From positions 1 to 64,000 of IMG/VR virus record IMGVR_UViG_3300034198_024209: DNA of 64,000 nt, one strand, 5' to 3'. The position numbers were made by a program, and so were the translations under genes. This document shows positions 48,970-62,400 of this stretch, one piece after another (within the stretch, counting starts at the first letter, position 1; each line of letters begins with the position of its first letter). The DNA is from a virus. The notes below the pieces were generated by a model that had not been told where the DNA came from, did no database searches, and saw only the letters and a list, made by a program, of their open reading frames with translations.

Positions 48970-51477
48970 ATGCCTGAAATTTCTGCAGCTTCTGAAATTG
49001 TTTTTAACTCTGCCAATGCCTCAAGCGCATTTTTTGGAAATACTAGAGTTTGGCGCTCGCCTATTTATGTAAAAAACGGACAAGCAGACACAGTGCCGCA
49101 AGAAGTTTATCAAAGTAATTTTACTGGTTCCGATTTAGCTGCTTCTGGGCTTTATACACAGGGTGGGGTTAACGGGAATTGGATTCTGAACACCGATAAC
49201 GATTATGTTACGGGAGTTCAGACAGCCGGCAATCCCCGAGGAGGTTTGTTTTCCACTAACACTTGGAGCAATGAGAACGGGTTTACTTTAAAAGCAACAT
49301 GGAGAAACACTGCCACCATGACACGATTTTCGGTTGGCTTGGTTGTTTCTTCGTATGCGACTACAGCCAGCTCGGATCCCTTTAACCAAAGTACTCCAGG
49401 AGCGTATGGCATCGGGTTTTCTACTGCTGGAGAGTTTAGTGGGCAGTTAGTTTTTAATAATGGAATAACAACAACTTCATTAAGCTCGGCACAGGGAAAT
49501 GAAACAATAGGGGTCACGCAAACCCTAGAGATAACGGTTACTGATGGAGGCTGGAGCTATAGTCTCAATGGAGCAGCCTCTACCACTGGGTCATTTACAT
49601 TTAATTTCAGGAATAGGGATTACAGATTTGCCGCTTGGGCGCAGAATATCCCAAATTCTCAAATTTCAAGCATTAAGATAACCGGACTTCCGGTGTACGG
49701 AACTGGCCGTGAAAATGTAGCTATGGGGCATAGTGGCAGTTTTCTTATTATTACGCCAGATGGTTATCTCAGGAGTCTGGGAATATCTGGAGCATCCGGC
49801 GAGGGAGTTGTCCCTACCACTTATCGAGGACAAAATTTGGTTAAAAAAGTATGGGCCGGAACAGATCAATCTTTTTTATTAACTACAGATAACTTACTGT
49901 ACGGTTGGGGCTCCAGTTTCGGCGGAGTAACACAAATTCCTACGTCTCTCAAAACAGCTCCCGGAAATAATTTAAGAGATCTTTGTCCTATATCTGCAAG
50001 TCACGCTGTTGCAATTAAGTCGGATGGTCGCGCTGTTGGTTGGACTAGTTCTTCCTCAGGTATTCCTCACTTGAGTGTAATAAATGCTGGCGGAGCAGCA
50101 ACATCTGGAACAGGAAACTGGACAAATCTAAAAAAAATTGTAACTGCAGATGGTACGTCTATACTAGGGCTACGCACAGATGGCTCAATAGTAGCTTCTT
50201 TTGCTTTTGATGGTACACACCCAACTACAGGAATAAAACATATACATTCCAATTATTGGAGGATGGTTATTTTAGATAATACTGGGACTGCGTATACTGT
50301 ATACAAGAGACATGATACTCTTGGAACGATGCCCCCAGAGGGCTCTGGAATTACAGAAATATGGCCCCATTCTAATAACGCCCATTTTTGGCGTCAAAAC
50401 GGAGTGATTGGGGGCGGGCCCCCCGAGGCAAGTCAACTTCCAGCAGAACTTCTGAGCGCAGGATCGAGTATAACAGAGATTTATAATACTAGATCTTGGG
50501 CTTGCGCGGCGGTAACAAGAGACTCTAGAAAATCTGAGTTAGTTTTTTGGGGTGCTCTACGCAATACCAGTACTTCTGATAATGTAGCGGCCACAGGAAT
50601 TGAGGACGATCCACAGGCCCCGCGAGATTTTTATACTTGGTGGAGTCCTTATGATATAAATACTACGGTTTGGCTAGATCCAACAGATAGAAGATACATA
50701 AGTTTTGCAACTACGTATACAGTTTCAGCTGTGTCGGATAGGAAAAATTCAGGGATGTCTCTCACTCAACCCACAGCTGCCAACAGACCGCAATCAGCTC
50801 TCCAGCTTTTATCGTTTGTTCCTAGTGCGATAATAAATCTGAATCGTTCTATATGGTTTGACACATCCGCTAAAGCACTTTTAGCAAGAGTAAGCGGTGT
50901 GGATAGAAGTATTTCTAATTTAGAGTCCGGGACACCGTACGCACAAGAAACCGTGTTCGCTGTAATAAGAAAGAACCAAGACACTACAAGTAATTCATGT
51001 TTATTGCAAGAAACTTCTATCGGGAGCAATTTGGCTGGTAGAAATATATTTTGGACCCCAAGTAACAAATTATATGTAGATTTTGGAACAAATGCCGACA
51101 ATACTCAGATAAATAGACTCATAGTGGATAATTTTTTTACGGGGACATATCCCGAGCTGTTTATTTTATCGATTACAATGAACACCAACCCAACCGGAGC
51201 AAATCCGGGATTTAGTGTATGGGTAAACGGGTCTTTAAGGGCAACAGGGCCAGCTTTATCTGGAGCGGTTTGCAGTGCAGGAGGGTCGACCGTATTAGGA
51301 AACGACGGGGGTGGAGCATTTTTAAACGGGACACTTGGAGAGCTTGTTATGTTAAATTATATTCCAGGGGAAGATATTAGGCAAAGAATCGAAGGATATC
51401 TGGCTTGGAAATTTCAAATAGCTTCGTCGCTGCCGAGTGGTCATGGATTTAAAGACAATCAACCATTAAGAACTTAA
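48970..51477 (+). CDS. Receptor-binding-like protein (lectin-like + RCC1-like + LamG-like)
   Basis: LYGWG, AVAIKSDGRAVGW; C-terminal GTLGELV...RQRIEGYLAWKF. Confidence 0.7.
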   Translation: MPEISAASEIVFNSANASSAFFGNTRVWRSPIYVKNGQADTVPQEVYQSNFTGSDLAASGLYTQGGVNGNWILNTDNDYVTGVQTAGNPRGGLFSTNTWSNENGFTLKATWRNTATMTRFSVGLVVSSYATTASSDPFNQSTPGAYGIGFSTAGEFSGQLVFNNGITTTSLSSAQGNETIGVTQTLEITVTDGGWSYSLNGAASTTGSFTFNFRNRDYRFAAWAQNIPNSQISSIKITGLPVYGTGRENVAMGHSGSFLIITPDGYLRSLGISGASGEGVVPTTYRGQNLVKKVWAGTDQSFLLTTDNLLYGWGSSFGGVTQIPTSLKTAPGNNLRDLCPISASHAVAIKSDGRAVGWTSSSSGIPHLSVINAGGAATSGTGNWTNLKKIVTADGTSILGLRTDGSIVASFAFDGTHPTTGIKHIHSNYWRMVILDNTGTAYTVYKRHDTLGTMPPEGSGITEIWPHSNNAHFWRQNGVIGGGPPEASQLPAELLSAGSSITEIYNTRSWACAAVTRDSRKSELVFWGALRNTSTSDNVAATGIEDDPQAPRDFYTWWSPYDINTTVWLDPTDRRYISFATTYTVSAVSDRKNSGMSLTQPTAANRPQSALQLLSFVPSAIINLNRSIWFDTSAKALLARVSGVDRSISNLESGTPYAQETVFAVIRKNQDTTSNSCLLQETSIGSNLAGRNIFWTPSNKLYVDFGTNADNTQINRLIVDNFFTGTYPELFILSITMNTNPTGANPGFSVWVNGSLRATGPALSGAVCSAGGSTVLGNDGGGAFLNGTLGELVMLNYIPGEDIRQRIEGYLAWKFQIASSLPSGHGFKDNQPLRT

Positions 51478-51482
51478 AATAT

Positions 51483-51785
51483 ATGCCAATAGATTTTCCA
51501 AATTCACCAAGTGACGGATATATTTATCCGCCAGAAAACGCAACAGCCATTGAAGGCCGTCGCTGGAAATGGGATGCTGCAACAGGCGCGTGGCTTAATT
51601 ACGCCGCTAGTCAGCCGTATACCTTACAAATCTACAATGTGGTTAACTTACAACCAGAGTTAGATAGCAAAATAGAAAAACAAGGGGCAGACACTACTCC
51701 AGTTAATACTATTCGTTGTGTTACACAGGCCGAATACGACGGATTGACAAAAGATGCAAATACAATTTATTTCATAAAACAATAA
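51483..51785 (+). CDS. Small fibre-associated protein
   Basis: IDFPNSP..G, WKWD; TQAEYDGL.KDANTIYFI. Confidence 0.7.
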   Translation: MPIDFPNSPSDGYIYPPENATAIEGRRWKWDAATGAWLNYAASQPYTLQIYNVVNLQPELDSKIEKQGADTTPVNTIRCVTQAEYDGLTKDANTIYFIKQ

Positions 51786-51786
51786 T

Positions 51787-53115
51787 ATGCCTACCGTTGT
51801 AAAAGCCTATTTAGGAACAGTACCACTTTTTACTGAAACTGGGGGAGGTGGATCAAGCACTGCATGGGTTCGTCCTTCCGACTGGCTCACGCTGCCCTCT
51901 GCCCAAGCTAATTCTGTAAAAATACTACATGCGGTTTTTGATCAAACTGAAAACTATGTGGTTATCAAAATGCAGACCTCCGACAATTCCTCATACACTA
52001 TAAACTGGGGAGACGGTAATACCACAACAGCGTTAAGCAACGCAAATACTACCTACAATTACAGCTACAGTTCTTCTGGATTGAATGGCACTCTCTCTAC
52101 TCGCGGATACAAGCAAGCCATAATTACCATAACGCCAGTAGGCTCAGCAACATTTACACTTTGCGATCTATCGCAAAAAATCACATCGCCAGCAGGTATG
52201 CAAATGTACGCTACAGGGCTGCTTGATGTTAATATAAATCTTCCAAATCTTATAACTGGCCAGAGGCTACTCATAGGCTCAGCGGCAGTTCGCCATTCCC
52301 ACCTCGAAAGGGTTTATATCGGATCGTGGGGGCTTATTAGCAATGTATCACTCTTATTCCAGTATTGTCCTGCGCTTCAATCTCTGAACGAGACAGAGTG
52401 GAACATGTCAAACATAACTACTGTTGGAAGTATGTTTTTTGACTGCTGTGGTATAAAGGTAATCGATGGGTCTAATTGGAACATGTCAAAAGTCACCATT
52501 TTTGCGTCCATGTTTCAAAATTGTGCAACCATCCAAAAGGTAATTTGCACGAACTGGGTCACATCAGCAGCCACTAGCCTTGGAAATATGTTTTACCTCT
52601 GCGGGGGTCTCACGAATATAGATGTGTCCAGTTGGAATACTGCTAACTGCACAACTTTTGCTTCACTTTTTTCGGGATGCCGCTCCTTGACCAGTATAAA
52701 TGTTCGTAACTGGAACACCGCAAAAGTTACCACAATCGCTAATATGTTTGAAAACTGCGTTGCATTGCAAGAAGTGGATATGTCTCTTTGGAGCCTGCCA
52801 TTATGCACGACTGCAGCGGCAGCTTTTTCAGGCTGTCATTCCTTGAAAAAACTAGGGCCGTGTAACTTCTCGGCTTTAACGACCCTTACAACCACATTCA
52901 ACAACTGCCGCTCTCTCACTTCATGCACCGTAACAGGCATGAAGGTAAACGTGGATTTTACAAATTGCCGATTAAGCACAGCTGCACTTAATCAAATTTA
53001 TACTAACTTAGCCTCAGTAGCAACAGTCAGGACAATTACGGTCACAGGCAATTATGGCAATGTCGCCGACGACACATCAATAGCTACGGCTAAAAACTGG
53101 ACAGTAACAGGATAA
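51787..53115 (+). CDS. BspA/DUF285-type leucine-rich-repeat receptor-binding protein
   Basis: WVRPSDW; repeats of WN(T/M)..VT....MF..C..L; ends IATAKNWTVTG. Confidence 0.85.
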   Translation: MPTVVKAYLGTVPLFTETGGGGSSTAWVRPSDWLTLPSAQANSVKILHAVFDQTENYVVIKMQTSDNSSYTINWGDGNTTTALSNANTTYNYSYSSSGLNGTLSTRGYKQAIITITPVGSATFTLCDLSQKITSPAGMQMYATGLLDVNINLPNLITGQRLLIGSAAVRHSHLERVYIGSWGLISNVSLLFQYCPALQSLNETEWNMSNITTVGSMFFDCCGIKVIDGSNWNMSKVTIFASMFQNCATIQKVICTNWVTSAATSLGNMFYLCGGLTNIDVSSWNTANCTTFASLFSGCRSLTSINVRNWNTAKVTTIANMFENCVALQEVDMSLWSLPLCTTAAAAFSGCHSLKKLGPCNFSALTTLTTTFNNCRSLTSCTVTGMKVNVDFTNCRLSTAALNQIYTNLASVATVRTITVTGNYGNVADDTSIATAKNWTVTG

Positions 53116-53119
53116 ATTT

Positions 53120-53299
53120 ATGGACGACACATCAGGATTCTACAAACTGGACGAGGGGCAACTTCTATACGGGCCTAACTTCGTAATCAACGCAAACTAC
53201 CAGCTAAACAGAGAAACTAAAGACGAACACGCTTACCCCGTGGATGGATGGAGCTGGTTTGACAGCAAGGAAGAAGCTGAGAAGGCATTAATCCAATAA
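53120..53299 (+). CDS. Small fibre chaperone-like protein (59 aa)
   Basis: Hand-translated MDDTSGFYKL...YGPNFV...YPVDGWSWFDSKEEA. Confidence 0.65.
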   Translation: MDDTSGFYKLDEGQLLYGPNFVINANYQLNRETKDEHAYPVDGWSWFDSKEEAEKALIQ

Positions 53300-53384
53300 C
53301 ATAATTTAATATTTTTTTGATTGGCATTAATATATTAAATTTTTTGTTCTGTATTTTTTGCTCAAAATACGATAAAAAAGAACC

Positions 53385-56453
<3,069 letters not shown>

Positions 56454-56460
56454 AAATTTA

Positions 56461-59400
56461 ATGGACATTGCGTGTCTTGAAAATACATCTCTACTTATAG
56501 GTAAAACCGACAGGATACTTTATTCTTTTGGGTTTTCCCCAACTATTTGTTCTGATCCAGATTTAGTTATTCAAGTGTCTTGCGGTAGGGATCATTCATT
56601 AGTATTAAAGGAAGATGGCCTGGTTGATGCATGGGGGAATATTTATTCTTTAACTGAAAATACAATGCACAGGCCCCCAGCTGGGCTTAGAGGCATAAAG
56701 TATATTTCAGCTGGAGAGAAACATGGATTAGCTGTTGAATCAATACATAATTCTGTTATTGCATGGGGTTCAAACGAATATGGTCAATCTAATGTTCCAG
56801 AGTCTATAGCGGGTATAGAATATCTAAATGAACCAGTAGCAAAAGTTGGAGCCGGATACAGTTATTCACTCGCTTTAATGGAGTCTGGTACAATTTTGGC
56901 TTGGGGCGATATTGTTGGTCAACCGCCCAGCTCTTTATCTACTAAAACGGTGGTAGATATATCTACAAAAGGAAAACACTCGCTGGCTCTGATAGATGAC
57001 GGTACAGTTATCGGATGGGGTCAGATAACTAACCTAGATGCGTCAAGCGTTATACACACAGATGCTGGCAGTATTATTCCTGTTGGATTAAATAATGTAA
57101 CAAAAATATCTGCTGGTTTTTCTCATTGTTTGGCGCTTAAGTCAGATGGCACTGTTGTGGCCTGGGGAGACAATACATATGGACAGTGCAATGTCCCAAG
57201 TGGATTAAATAACGTTTACTCCATTTGCGCTGGATATAAGCACTCATTAGTTATAAAAAATGACGGATCTATTGTTGGCTGGGGAGACAATACATATAAT
57301 CAATGTTCGTGGAGTCAATTATCCCACGTTCAATCAGGCGCAATACAGCCAAAAGTGGAGGCATATGGACAGACTAGCTATGTGTTAACACGTGGTGGAG
57401 ATCTTTATTTTTGTGGGACAAGCGGAAGTATTAACTCTACTAGTACATTAGTGGATAGCAACGTTCAGGACTTTAGAGTTTTTGACTCTAGTGATGTGAC
57501 TTTTTCTTCCAATGTATACACTCCCCCTTCTGTTGGTTTATACTTAAATAGTAACAACAGTAGTAATTTAGATAATTTTTTTATAGGTAGCTTGGGCAAT
57601 GGGTATGCTGTAAGCTACACCATTGAATTGTGGTTCTATCCAATTGGAAACCAAAATGGAAAAACTTTGTTAGCTGATACATTCGCGAATAATCAATGTA
57701 GTTTTGCTTTAGCGTGGTTTAATAATGAAGGGACGGGAGCTGGCTCAGGATTTAAGTTTGGGTTTTACGGCAGAAAAAGGATTTATGTCGGATGTACTTT
57801 AAATTATTATACGTCATATCAATGGTATACTCAAAGCGCTGGAGCACCATGGTTAAATACATGGAACCATGTTTTAATTTCGCTAGAGACAGAACAAATT
57901 GCGTCTGGAGGAACGATTGGAGGAAAAACAAATTTAGGTGGATATAAATACAACACTAGAGCATACTTAAATGGAGTTCATCAATCCTCTGAAGAGCACT
58001 ATGTCTTGGTGCCTTCGTGTGGCGCTGGTAGCACAATAAGTGCATATACATATAGCGCCGAAGGAGGCATACCATTATCTAATTCAATTAAAATAGGTAG
58101 GAGATGGGACAACAACTCGACTCAATATAAATTCAATGGATATGTAAGAAATTGTCAGATAAAACATGGCGAAAAAAAACTGAAAAATGAAACATTTACA
58201 CCAACTCCAGTAAATACTGTATTGACTCCCATCCAAAATGATCTGTCAATGCAATTCACAAGCAATAATGCTGGAGAACTTTATTCATACTTTTCACAGG
58301 GTTCATATTTTTATGATTTTACTCCAGTTGGGGATGGATGTGCTGTATATAAAAAGATAGATGGAACTACTAACTGGCACGGATCTGGCACTGATAACAG
58401 AAGACCATCATTTGAGTCCGTTCCCAACAGAATGCCAATGCTTCAGTATGGTTTTGAGATAGACTCTACTGGAAAGCTTAAACAGGCCTCTGGTGATTTG
58501 GCACTACATGGAGGAAATTTTTATTATTTAAACAATCTTCTAAATTCGCCAGTTGAAGATGTTATATCTATTTCTTCTTCATCTAGAATACATAGTTTTT
58601 ACGATGGTAACACCAATTGTCATTTAATTATTTTGACTAAATTTGGGATAGTTTCATTCGCGCCTTTCTCTCAATATAGCACTGTATCAAATAAAGTGTC
58701 CGTAGCAAAATGGATGAGAGATTTGAGGACAGTAAGTGATTGGTTATATGATAGTAGCCCCAATAACACCCCCTTTTATTACAATCCGCAGCTACGTTCG
58801 TTAGAACTTAATACTTCCACAAATCCACCATCACCTAATCGGCTTTATGCAAATCAAAATATATCTGTCAAAGTAGTTAACACTGGTGTTGGTGATTCAT
58901 CGAATGATTCGTATACGGTAATTAATGATAAAGATTATATCCCCCCATTAAATTCATATTTTTGTTATTGTAAGGGATTACCAAACTTACTTTACGTAAG
59001 TCAATCTGATTGCCAGATAAGGGGAAATACATACGAAGCAGCAAATTTTGATATATACATTAATTTAAATAATTTTTTAATAGACCCATCTTTAAGGCTA
59101 TTGAGACCAGCTAGATTGCGGATTAATAAATATTCTTACTTCTTTCATCAGTTAGGATACGCAAATGTATTTATACCAGACACACTAAATAATGTAGTCG
59201 ATGAAAATCAGTTTTTGTTAAGTATAAGTGGGCTGCCCAAGAATAACGCAGTTTTAGACAATGGGGTGAATCTTAAACTGAATGTAGACTATAATGGAAA
59301 AAAGAATTTACCTAAAATACCTGGAGAATATATTGTAACTATAACTACATATGATTTTAATGTTCATTGCATAAGGTCATTTTGTATTTACGTTGGGGAG

Positions 59401-62400
59401 CCTGGTATTGCACTAAATGGAAACAAAGAAATAACTGGACAAAATATCGTTCCATCAAACAATAGAGCGAATGCTTTTCTCAAGTACTGTAGATTAAAAG
59501 ACAAAGTATCTGAAATATCTTCTGGTGACACTTCGTTTTTTCATGATGACGAAATTTTGTCTATAGATGAGGAAATTCCATTAAAAATAATTCAACAATC
59601 ATTAATATTTAGAAAACCAATTTTATTTAAAAACAACTGTATATATGTATCATCAGGGTATCAGGAATATTATTATCTTGATGTAAATGGTTTAACCTCT
59701 ACAATATGTGCAGACAATGTAACTGGTACATATAAATATGGAAGTGATAATTTTCCGCAGAGAAGTAGGATGGTATTCTTTGATCCATCTGTTGAGATAA
59801 AGTACAGAGATTTCAGGATTTCATATAAACAAACTTATTTATACCCGAGTGCCCCAAGTTTCAATAGTTTGTTTTTTTGGTCATCAACTTTAGACCCAAG
59901 AACAGACCAATCAACTTATAGCTTAACAGAGAGTAACGGGTCTATAGGTATAATTAATAGTCAGCCAAGGTATTTTGCTAATGATATAAACCTATATAAT
60001 GTCGAAACAAAAATTCCTTTTATAACGCCATTTCAGGCCCCCCACTTTACAGACAAATCAGGAACAGCTTCATCCTGTATTTATCGAGAAATTTACAGAA
60101 ATGGATCAAAAATAGAAATAAAGGATGGACCAACTCCCAATCCAGATGGTTCATATGGATGGGCAATAATAGAAGATTATATATATATATCTAGGTATAT
60201 AGGATTAATTTTTTCTGATGATGTGTATAACACTGGAGAGACAACAGATTCAATAATTAGTGATATTTCACTTAGCGTAGGCAATGAAACTATTGATTAT
60301 TCAAAACCATTTAAGCCAATTTTGTTATCTAATTCAAATGTAGAATCTAATTCCTTTAGAGCTATGTGGAAAAGATCAGCAGAGATGACTTCAGCTTTAA
60401 TGGATATATCTACGGATTTAAATTTTTCCAATATCTTAAGGCAAGATGTTGTGTGCACTGGATCCACTCAATATAGTTTTCCAGATTCTGGCTCTAATAG
60501 GTATTTCGATTTAAACAACAACGGAATAACTGATGTTAGTAAAGCCATCAGGGAAAATACAAATTATTACTATAGAATAAAGCATAAAAAAAATGAAATA
60601 GTTGGAGATTATTCAGCTACACAGCTTGTATCTACACTATTTGAAAAAATTAAAGTTAATATAGTTAATTATTTCATAGGTAGTCAGGAGCAGAATATAC
60701 CAGTGCCAGGTGAATCAAATTCTGGATTTCCGTTTAGTTCGATATACAAAAATTCTGGCCAAACCTATTTATATAAAATTGACTTTGCCTCTGATGGACA
60801 AACATATGTAAATAATATAGATAGAACTGGAAATAATTCAAGTGACGCAATAACTATTAAAATATATATAAAAGGTGCTCAATATTTTTTATTTTCTTAT
60901 GTGATAAATAGATATGGACAACTTATAGATTCTCCGCAAGGCTTCTTATCAGAGTCTACAAGCATACTTGCCTCAAATAAAAATATAACGGTAAAGGAAT
61001 ATACTTTTTCTCCGGATATAAGGGATTTAAATCTAGAGATTAGGGCTTATCCTATAAATTCTCTTACTGACTTTGTGTATGTCGATACATTTTCTGGTGT
61101 AAACTTCTTGGGATTTAATTCGGTTCTACCATTCTTTATAGCAAATAAAGAGGTAACAGTAAATGAGTGGGAACAAGTTAGGCTTTACGCAGAAGAAAGA
61201 GACTGGGGTTATGACCTGCCAGCGGCAAGTAATTATTCCTCTGTGCATGAACCTATGTCCAATATAAGTTGGTTTGATGCTATAAAATTTTGCAATGCAA
61301 AAAGCGAGATGAACTGGTTGAGTCCAGTTTATTTAAATCTAGATGATACTGTATACAAAAACGGACAATCTGTTTTACCGCAAATTAAATGGAGTAATAG
61401 CGGATATAGACTACCGTTAGAGATAGAGTGGGACTATGCAGCAAGAGGTGGAGCATTCAGCGGATCATATTTATATAGTGGATCAAATTTACCTAACTCG
61501 GTCTCGGTCAATTCATCTAACTCTGGTAACGCAAAAAATGAAGTTGCTACATTGGCACCCAACGAAATAGCTGTTTATGATATGTCGGGCAACATTTCAG
61601 AGTGGGTACTAGACAACTATTCGCCAGCTGACCCAGTCCCAACGTCACAGCAAAACCCAGATTATTTATCGACTGTATTACTTTTGCATTTTAATGATGA
61701 ATCTCCGCCGCTCACGCTAGGACTTTATGAACCAATTAATTCTGATGGAGGTCAGTCGAGGTTTTTAGCAACTGCATATACTTTTCCTAGCTATATAGGG
61801 TTTAAACTAGGCCCAGGTGTAAGAATAAGAAACTGTAAGATATTATTAAATGGACCAAATATTGAAAAAACTTTTGGACTTAATCATGGCTGGGATCTGA
61901 TTAAGTATTTTACATTTACTCACAACATTAATACAACTGCTGAAGGGATAGGCACTGAAGGAGGTAGTCCTGGGTTTCCATGGAGCAACGATGTATGTGG
62001 TTTTTACTTAGATATATCTCCATCTGAAATAGCTAGTTCAACCTCTATTACTATTGATTATGAATATACTTCTTCATGGGCGAGTAAGCAGGGTATAGCT
62101 TTTTGGAATAATGTTTCTACTCCTACTGGCTTTAATGGAGACATTAGCTCTGACTGGATAGGCACATGGGACAACCAAACCTATGCAAGATTGTCATCAA
62201 ATATAAATAGGAACACAATAATAAATCAATCAAGTCGAGATGGTTCAATACACAGAAGAAGGACTATAATACAAAAAACAGCTGGGCAATATCACTTTAT
62301 AACTGAATCATCTGCAATTTCTTTTCCTACAATAAACGACAGTAGTTTACTGGGGTTATCCCCACTTAATTATTCTAATAGCTCTCCAAGTTCTCCAGTG